Source of the DNA: the human T2T-CHM13v2.0 reference genome, Homo sapiens
DNA: 64,000 nt
Assembly (NCBI RefSeq): GCF_009914755.1
Contig: NC_060928.1
Strand: one strand, 5' to 3'
This document shows positions 54,733 through 64,000 of the stretch, in pieces; position 1 is the first letter of the stretch, and every line of letters begins with the position of its first letter. The position numbers and the translations under genes were made by a program. Under the pieces are notes generated by a model. That model ran no database searches and was not told the origin of the DNA. It saw only the letters and a program-made list of their open reading frames with translations.

Positions 54733-57700
54733 TGGGGGTGTGGCAAAGATGGCAGACTAGAAGCAGCAGGAATCGGAGGCTCCCACTGTAAAAAAAAAAA
54801 AAAAAAAAAAAACATAATAAGCGTGTGAATCCTTCACCAGCAACCAAAGTATCCAGGTTCTCTCATCAAAATTGACTAGAAGGCGCAGAAAGAAGGCAGA
54901 GCAGTGTGGTGCAGCAGCCCACCTGAGAGCCACATGGGGAAGGGGAACCCTCTTAACCCTCCCCAGGGAGGCAGTGAGGCAGTGCGCTACCCAGCTGGGG
55001 AAACTGCTCTTTTTCCACGGAACTATGCAACCCAAAGATCGGAAGATCCCACTTGCGAACCCATGCCACCGGAGCCTAGCGTCCCAAACCTGGAAGGTGT
55101 AGATTCTTAGAGCATCTCAGTTAGATTCTGCTGAAGAATACCAAACTCCCCGGCGGCAGGGCGACCAGCACTGGCTGCGGCTGCCTCCTGTCTAAGCCTT
55201 TCAAGCTCCTTGTGGGAGGGGCAGTAACCAGCAATGGGACCTGTAACTGCCTAACACGCTAAGCTCCTTCTGTGAAAGGAGAAGCACCCATCTCTATAGC
55301 TCCAGGCTGCTCTTTTCCCCTGCTGGAGCCAGGGAGGCTGGATAGCTTGGTCCCGTGACTTGTCCCCACAGCCCAACACACCAGCTATGGCAGTCTGTGG
55401 ACAGAGGGCCTCTTCAGGCCTAACCCTGACTCATCCTTCCTCAGTGGGCGGGGCTTCCCTGCAGGATCTCCAGTAACTCCAGCCAGAGGCTCAGGGATAG
55501 AATTCAGATCTTCCTGGGCCTGAGCCCCTAGTGGGAGGGGTGGCCACAGTCTGTGGACCAGCAGACTTAGACTCTCCTCCTTGAATCCAGGCAGCCCAGA
55601 CAAGTGGATTTTCCCCTAGTAAAACACACCCTCTCCACCAAGGGACAAAGTGCTTCTTTAAACAAGTCCTGATCCCCATGCCACCCAACTGCGTGAGACC
55701 CTCCAACAGGGATTGTTAGACACCCTATACAAGAGCGATCCTATTGGCATCAGGTTGGTGCCCTCTCGAGGTCAGAGGTCCCAGAAGAAGGAGCAGGCAC
55801 TCGTCTTTGCTGCTCTCCAGCCTCCTTGAATGGTATCTACAGGCACAGGAGTGAATTGGATGAATAAGGCCTGAAGTGAACCTATTCGTGTGCTGTATTC
55901 AGGAGACCCCTCCTACATGTAAAAACACACACAGGCTCAAAATACAGGGATGGAGGACAATTTAACAAGGAAATGGAAAGCTAACAAAAAAATAAAAAAT
56001 AAAAAAACAAAACAAAAACGTAGGGATTGCAATCATAGTCTCTGAGAAAACAGACTTTTAACCAACAAAAATCAAAAAAAAAAAAAAAAACAAAGGGCGT
56101 TACATAATGGTAAAGGGAACAATTCAACAAGAAGAGCTAACTATTCTAAATATATATGCACTCAATATGGGAGCACCCAGATTCATAAAACTAGTTCTTA
56201 GAGACCTACAAAGAGACTTAGACTCCCACACAATAATAGTGGGAGAATTTAACACCCCACTGTCAATATTAGACAGATCAATGAGACAGAAAATTAACAA
56301 GGATATTCAGGACTTGAACTCAGCTCTGGATCAAGTGGACCTAGTAGATGTCTACAGAACTCTCTACCCCAAATCAACAGAATATACATTCTTCCCAGTT
56401 CCACATGGCACTGATTCTAAAATCGACCACATAATTGGAAGTAAAACATTCCTCAGTAAATGCAAAATAATGGAAATTATAACAGTCTCTCAACCACAGT
56501 GCAATCAAATTAGAGCTCAAGATTAATAAACTCACTCAAAACCACCCAATTACATGGAAATTGAAAAATCTGCTCCTGAGTGACTCCTTAGGAGGGGAAA
56601 TAATAAAATTAAGGCAGAAATCAAGAAGTTCTTTGAAACCAATAATAACAAAGAGACAATGTACCAGAATCTCTGGGACACAGCTAAAGCAGCATTAAGA
56701 GAGAAATTTATAGCACTAAATGCTCACATCAGAAAGCTAGAAAGAACTCAAATTGGCACCCTAACATCACAATTAAAAGATCTAGGGAGGCAACAGTAAA
56801 CTAATCCAAGAGCCAGCAGGAGACAAGAAATAACTAAGATCAGAGCAGAATTGAAGGAGATAGAGACACGAAAAGCCCTCCAAAAAATCAAGGAAACCAG
56901 GAGCTGTTTAAAAAAATAATAATAGTTAACAAAATAGATACACTTCTAGCTAGACTAATAAAGAAGAGGGAGAAGAATCAAATAGACACAATAAATAATG
57001 ATAAAGGGGATTTCTGACCCTACAGAAATACAAACTACCAACAGAGAATACTATAAACACTTCTATGCAAATAAACTAGAAAATCTAGAAGAAATGGATA
57101 AATTTCTGGACACATAAACCCTACCAAGACTAAACAAGGAATAATTTGGGTCCCTGAATAGACCAATAACAAGCTCTGAAATTGAGGCAGTAATTAATAG
57201 CCTACCAAACAAAAAAAGCCCAGGAGCAGACAGCTTTACAGCTGAATTCTACCAGAAATACAAAGAGGAGCTGGTACCATTCCTTCCGAAATTATTCCAA
57301 ACAATTGAAAATGAGGGAATCCTCCCTATCTCATTTTATGAAGCCAGCATCATGTTGATACCAAAACATGGAAGAGACACAACAAAAAAAGAAAAATTCA
57401 GGCCAATATCCCTGATGAACATCAATGCAAAAATCCTCAATAAAATACTGGCAAACCAAATCTAGCAGCACGTAAACAAACTTAGCCACCATGGTCAAGC
57501 TGGCTTCGTCAAGTTGGCTTCATCCCTAGGATGCAAGGCTCATTCAACATACACAAATCAATCAAGTTAGTCCATCACATAAACAGAACCAAAGACGAAA
57601 ACCACGTGATTATCTCAATAGATGCAAAAAAGGCCTTAGATAAAAGTTAACATCCTTTCATGTTAAAAACTCTCAATAAACTAGGTATTGATGGGACACA

Positions 57701-59820
57701 TATTAAAATAATAAGAGCTATTTATGACAAGCCCACAGACAATATCGTATTGAATGGTCAAAAGCTGGAAGCATTGCCTTTGAAAACCGGAACAAGACAA
57801 GTGTGCCCTCTCTCACCACTCCTATTCAACATAGTATTGGAAGTTCTGTCCAGGGCAATCAGGCAAAATAAAACAATAAATAAATGCAGTTATTCAAATA
57901 GGAAGAGAGGAAGTCAAGTTGTCTTTGTTTGCAGACAACATGATTTGATATTTAGAAAACCCCAATATCTCAGCCCCAAAATTTCTTGAACTGATAAGCA
58001 ATTTCATCAGTCTCAGGATACAAAATCAATGTGCAAAAATAACAAACATTCCTTTACACCAACAATAGGAAAGCAGAGAGCCAAATCATGAATGAACTCC
58101 CACTCACACTTACTACAAACAGAATAAAATGCCTAGGAATACAGCTAACATGAGATGTGAAGGACCTCTTCAAGGAAAACTACAAACCACTCACTGCTCA
58201 AGGAAAGAAGAGAGGACACAGACAAATGGAAGAACATTCCATCTTCATGAATTGGAAGAATCAATATCATGAAAATGGCCATACAGCCCAAAGTAATTTA
58301 AAAATTCAATGCTATTCCCATCAAACTACCATTAACATTCTTCACAGAATTAGAAAAAAAACACATTTTAAATTTCATATGGAATCAAAGAAGACCCCAA
58401 GAGGCCAAGACAATCCTAAGCCAAAACAACAAAGCTGGATGTATCATGCTACTTGACTTCAAACTGTACTACAAGTCCACAGTAACCAAAACAGCATGGT
58501 ACTGGTACCAAAACAGACATATATAAACCAATGGAGCAGAACAGAGACTACAGAAATAACACCACACATCTACAACCATCTGATCTTCGATAAACCTGAC
58601 AAAAACAAGCAATGGGGACAGGATTCAGTAAATGGTGCTGGGAAAACTGGCTAGCCATAAGCAGCAACTGAAACTGGACCCCTTTCTTACACCTTATACA
58701 AAAATTAACTCAAGATGGATTAAAGACTTAAATGTAAAACTGAAAACCATAAAAACACTAGAAGAAAACCTAGGCAGTGCCATTCAGGACACTGGCAAGG
58801 GAAAGACTTCATGACGAAAGCTCCAAAAGCAATTGAAACAAACGCCAAAATTGACAAATGGAATATAATTAAACTAAAGAGCTTCTGCACAGCAAAAGAA
58901 ACTATCATCAGAGTGAACAGGAAGCCTACAGAATGGGAGAAAATTTTTACAATTTATCCATCTGACAAAGGTCTAATATCCAGAATTTACAAGGAACTTA
59001 AACAAATTTACAAGAAAAAAAAAACTCTATCAAAAAGTAAGCAAAGGATATGAACAGACATTTGTCAAAAGAAGACATCTATGTGGCCAATAAACATGAA
59101 AAAAAGCTCAACATCACTGATTATCAGAGAAATGCAAATTAAAACCACAATGAGATACCATCTTACACCAGTCAGTATGGCGACTATTAAAAAGTCAGGA
59201 AACAATAGATGTTGGCAAGGCTATGGAGAAATAGGAATGCTTTTACACTGTTGGTGGGAATGTAAATTAGTTCTGCCATTGTGGAAGACAGTACGGTGAT
59301 TCCTCAAGGATCTAGAACCAGAAATACCACTTGACCCAGCAATCCCATTACTGAGTATATACCCAAAGGATTATAAATCATTCTACTATAAAGACACATG
59401 CACAGGTATGTTTATTGCAGCACTATTTATAATAGCAAAGACATGGAACCAACCCAAATGCCCATTAATGATAGACTGGATAAAGAAAATGTAATGCAGC
59501 CATAAAAACAAATGAGATCATGTCCTTTGCAGGGACATACATGAAGTTGGAAGCCATCATTCTCAGCAGACTAACACAGGAACAGAAAACCAAACACCAC
59601 ATGTTCTCATTCATAAGTGGGAGTTGAACATTAAGAACACATGAACACAGAGAGGGGAACAATACATACCAGGGTCTGTTGGGGTGTGGGGGCTACGAAG
59701 AGGGAACTTAGAGGACTGGTCAGTAGGTGTAGCAAACCACCATGGCACACGTATACCTATGTAACAAACCTGCACGTTCTGCACATGTATCCTGTTGTTT
59801 TCTTTTTAGAAGAAACAAAT
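54733..59820 (+). mobile_element. Older primate L1 (L1PA8-L1PA10-like): 5' UTR, decayed ORF2 and 3' UTR, with ORF1 deleted
   Basis: 5' end ggggg..aagatggc; 3' end gagggaacttagaggac...tgtatcc..tttttagaagaaa; no clear TSD. Confidence 0.9.
55881..59610 (+). pseudogene. L1 ORF2 (EN-RT-C) pseudogene
   Basis: MVKGTIQQEELTILNIYA..GAPRFIK (EN), [20 protein letters not shown] (RT), HCWWECKLV; many stops and frameshifts. Confidence 0.93.
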
Positions 59821-60287
59821 TTTTAAAAAGATTTTTTCAATTAAAATAAATATTTTGTTGTTTTGTAGCATGACCATAGCGAATAATCTAGATTTTGTAT
59901 CCCTGTGAGTGAACACAGCACAGTGGAATTTCTTTGCAGACAAACACTGCTCTTGACTAAGTAGTTAAGAGCAGTTCTGTTTTGGTTGCAAATAGAAGCC
60001 ATGTAAAATATTAAAGTTTTGATCATGTTCTGAAAATTGTATTTCAGAACATGAATATATAATTGGCAAAATTTAAAAATTAATTCAATAAAATCACTGA
60101 CAGGTGATTTGATTTCTCAAATACATTTTTATGTTCTGTCACATACTTTAGTACTGATACCAATCAGATTGCAGTATTAACTTAGTTTACTTTCTGCAAC
60201 ATTAGAATATACTTGTTTTGTATGAATTAAAACAATATTACATCATATAACAAGATATCCGGTATTTGATTTGTACTTGTTCTCTGA

Positions 60288-60588
<301 letters not shown>

Positions 60589-62049
60589 ATATTAGTTATT
60601 CTTAAGAAAATATGATAGCTAAAACATTCAATGTGTTAAATATTTATAATCAAGATTTACGAAAACAAAAGAAAACCTGTAGAAGTCAATGTATGTAAAA
60701 GACAACAACTAGGCTTGTCTCTGATTTAACCTATGGCCACAATACCATACTTCTGTTGGAAGTTGGCTATAAAGTCTTCATCTACCTATTTATTTAAAAT
60801 TTAAAAAAACCCAACAGATTGCTCATTACGTTACATGCATGTTACCATGCAGTGTGCTGTGTCAGGTGCAGCACATACAAACATGAATAATACACACATT
60901 ATACTAAAGAATTCCAAAGAATTTCTGATTTATCTGATTAGAGACAGGCACATAAATTTTAATGTGCATTAAAATTTTAGTTCAAATGTAGCTGGGATCC
61001 CAATGGTGTTTTTTTTTTTTTTTTTTTTTTCCACTCTGCACTGACCTGGAGAATGTAACACCTTAACAAGTAGTCTATTCCCTAAAAATATCACTCCCAG
61101 AGTCATAGATTTTATTGAAATGTCAAGGAATACACGGAAAATTTATTTCCCTTGTACACCATATGACAACACATTATAGATGATAGTTGTTTAGATAGAT
61201 ATATGGACAGATGGATAAATAATCTGTTTTCTCTTCTCAAGAGATATTCTCTGGTCACCAGCTCTATCACTACATCACCTTTTACATTTTCCTTTCCCTG
61301 TCCACAAATAGCATCTAGAGTTGTTCTTCATAACTAAATAATTCAATGCTATCTTTCAGCTTGCATATGCCACAGAGCAAAACAAAAGCTGCATAGGTAC
61401 TGGCATAACCTAGGATTCTCGGAAAGCTCACACCAATCAATTGATTATCCCTTGTATTCCAAGTGTTTCAAGGATAGGATCATCTCCAACACATCTTTTT
61501 ACTGAGCTAATAGAGTGGAAGAGTAATTGGAAATTTTGATGCTAAGAAAAACAAGATTTTTTTCCTTATGTGAACTCAATACAGTACATTTTCTGTAAAA
61601 AAAAAAAAGTATGAACTGGAAACATTAGACAATTGTGTACAGATGGGCACATTTAGCTACATATGAGGCTAAGATTGTGTCTGAGCAAAGGATGTAACAA
61701 TTGAGTAGCACAGTATTTCATATCTGTTACTAGATGGAAAATTCTTTAATACATTATCCATGTCTCACTTATTTTTCTGTTACATACTATGATAACACCT
61801 TACAAATGAGAAGTGTTACAACATTTGTGTGGAAAAAGGAAAAATACAGCTAATTATACTCTGTGAGCCCTCTTTTCAGTTGTCTTATTGAATTTGACAG
61901 CTTGTTATTTAACTGGGAAAGTTACTAACTTTTATAATATGTGTAGTTGAGAGCTCCTCAGTGCAATGTTGGGAGAAGATTCTCTATGGGCCTCTGTGGG
62001 TTTTGCATCTTTTCTGAGCATAGAGATTATGTTAGTTATCTCTTGCTAT

Positions 62050-62300
62050 GCTGTCTTCTGCTGAGGGTTCCTCAAGGCTCCAAGTAAGGTGTTGGCCTCT
62101 CTGCTGGAGTTTCATGTAGGGAGGATCTGCTTTGGTTTCGTGTAGCTGTATAAATGAAAGCTCCAGCTTCTTACTGGCTGTAGGTTGGAAATTTGTCTTA
62201 TAACATAGAGGACATCAGTAGTTACTTGCCACATGGCCTTCTCCATAGACAGTCATAGCAATTTGCTTCAGGACCAGTAAGAAAGACTGGTGCCTGCTGT
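62050..62300 (-). mobile_element. Old MLT1 fragment
   Basis: cagcttcttactggctgtaggttgga; agttacttgccacatggccttctccatag. Confidence 0.5.
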
Positions 62301-62814
62301 AAATATGGAGTAATATACATAATACATTATGTATCATATAGCATATAACATATAATGGATAACATGGAATACAGCATATGCCTATTGTGTATACTGCAAC
62401 CAAATCAAAGAGAGTTGTCTTTTCTACCTAAGTAGTTTTACTTCATAGACTAAACTAGTATTCCAAAATTTAAGTAAATTAAAAAAAAATTGTTCAAAGA
62501 AGGAATTTAATTTAAATATATCTATAAAAATAGCATGATATTTTGCCTTTATTATTCTAGTAAGGGTACATTCTTGTATTTAAATATTTTTATTTTCAGG
62601 TATATAGTAATTACATGTTAGATTCTGTTATATAGTGTTTATTACATCCAGCTATTTGTAGAGTTCTATTTAGCTTATCCTCTCATTGAACTGTAAAGCA
62701 ACAAATATAATTATTCTATTACAAAATTTGGTATTTGTACATTAACTCAAGGATACGAGTTAGGGGAAAAAATATCTTCAGACATTTTGTAAATTGGCAT
62801 TAGTTTCCATTTTT

Positions 62815-62988
62815 CTGAGTAGCTGGGACTACAGGTGTCCACCACCACACCTGGCTAATTTTTGTACTTTTAATAGAGACAGGGTTTCACCATATTGGCC
62901 AGGCTGGTCTGGAACTCCTGACCTTGTGATCTGCCCACCTCGGCCTCCCAAAGTGCTGGGATTACAGGCATGAGCCACCGCGCCCAGC
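62815..62988 (-). mobile_element. 3'-truncated, tail-less AluS flanked by a 13-bp direct repeat
   Basis: Left arm, linker and start of right arm only; TCCATTTTTCTGA at 62806-62818 and 62989-63001. Confidence 0.92.
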
Positions 62989-63224
62989 TCCATTTTTCTG
63001 AAGAGATATTTTTGTTCTGTTCTTAAGCAATTAAAAATATGTTCATGAACATTAAGAAATATGTAATTAATTTTATTGGTCTTCTGGTATTTAGGAGTTT
63101 CTTCTCTACATTTATTCTCTCTTTCTCACATTACCTTTAAGAAGCTTAGTTCAGAGAAGATGGTCTCTTATATTAAGCTACATTTATCCACATATCTGCA
63201 AGTCTTGGGAGTATGGTTCTAAGT

Positions 63225-63615
63225 ACCCTTTGTGTTGGATTATCTTTTCACAGATGTTTATGTTGCAAATCACCTTGAAAGATATAGTGACTCCATCCAG
63301 AGCAAAGCACAGGCATGCTTCCTGACTATTATGAGAGAGTCCAGTTTCCAAAGCTCAGAGTTTCTTACCTATAACAAACCCACCTCCTGCCTAAGTATCC
63401 CCTGTCCCTCTTTGTGTCACTCCATGGAAATTGGTACTTCAGAATTCAGTGTAAAAAAGTGCTGGTACTCTGGCTGCTGCTTTTGTTGTCAGAAATAGAC
63501 TGTCAAAAGTCTCTAACCCAGTGGTTTCGTTTATTCTGCAGCATCCTTAAAACTGTGCCAGGCTGACTTGTTAGATTGCGAGTGGGTGAAGTCTTACCCA
63601 CTTCACAGTGTATAA
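63225..63615 (+). mobile_element. Old ERVL-type LTR (MER76-like); probable 5' piece at 61967-62027
   Basis: cagcatcc..aaactgtg..aggctgacttgttag..tgcgagt..cttcacagt 3' end; tgttgggagaagattctctatggg 5' end upstream; family call from memory. Confidence 0.55.
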
Positions 63616-64000
63616 GTGATCTTCTCACTTAGAGAGGCTTATGACAGTTACCCTAAGTCAACACAGAATGAGTCTCAGTAGCAATAATGGAACTCAAATT
63701 TAACAAAGCAGAATGACTTCTCACCCTAGTAATATTTTACTTCAACCTAATTAAATACATTTATATATTTAAAGAGAGAAAACATGGATCTGAAGAGATG
63801 CAAGAAAGAGCTTATCAAAAAAATCGAAGAAAGCTACTTTTTAGATGTAAAGCAAACTGCAACCACAGAGATAATTTCAATAAGAGTTTAAGCATAGAAC
63901 TCAACTGGTCCCATTAGCAAAAATGTCTCCCTGGGAAGATTAAATGTGTTGGATAGAGTTTTACAGGCTATTTCCTTCCATGGGTTGGCTGACACAGTCT

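Overview
AT-rich primate (great-ape/human-type) genomic DNA that looks like a gene desert. I can support no cellular protein-coding exon, RNA gene or CRISPR array. The ORF-track entries I can assign are L1 ORF2 or ERV pol remnants, or translations of Alu, LTR and microsatellite sequence; the rest look like chance short ORFs. The window holds 12 Alus, a very young 5'-truncated L1, an older near-full-length L1PA lacking ORF1, a deleted class I ERV (RNase H-IN-env), about 20 solo or partial LTRs (including LTR12C, MER41B, LTR8, MER50, two LTR49-like, THE1/MST/MLT), one MER82-like DNA transposon, and old L2/MIR/L1M debris. Family names are from recognition of consensus sequences, not from a database search. 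I found no new biological system. The notable signals are mechanistic fossils and possible regulatory innovations: a template-switch rearrangement inside an Alu; an L1 3' transduction explained by loss of its own AATAAA; an L1 whose variants hint at a non-human ape lineage; a tail-less Alu with a TSD; an LTR12C inserted into one copy of an 85-bp duplication with a strong splice donor just downstream; tandem STAT/GAS sites in MER41B; and a templated patchwork that builds five CCAAT boxes inside ERV env.
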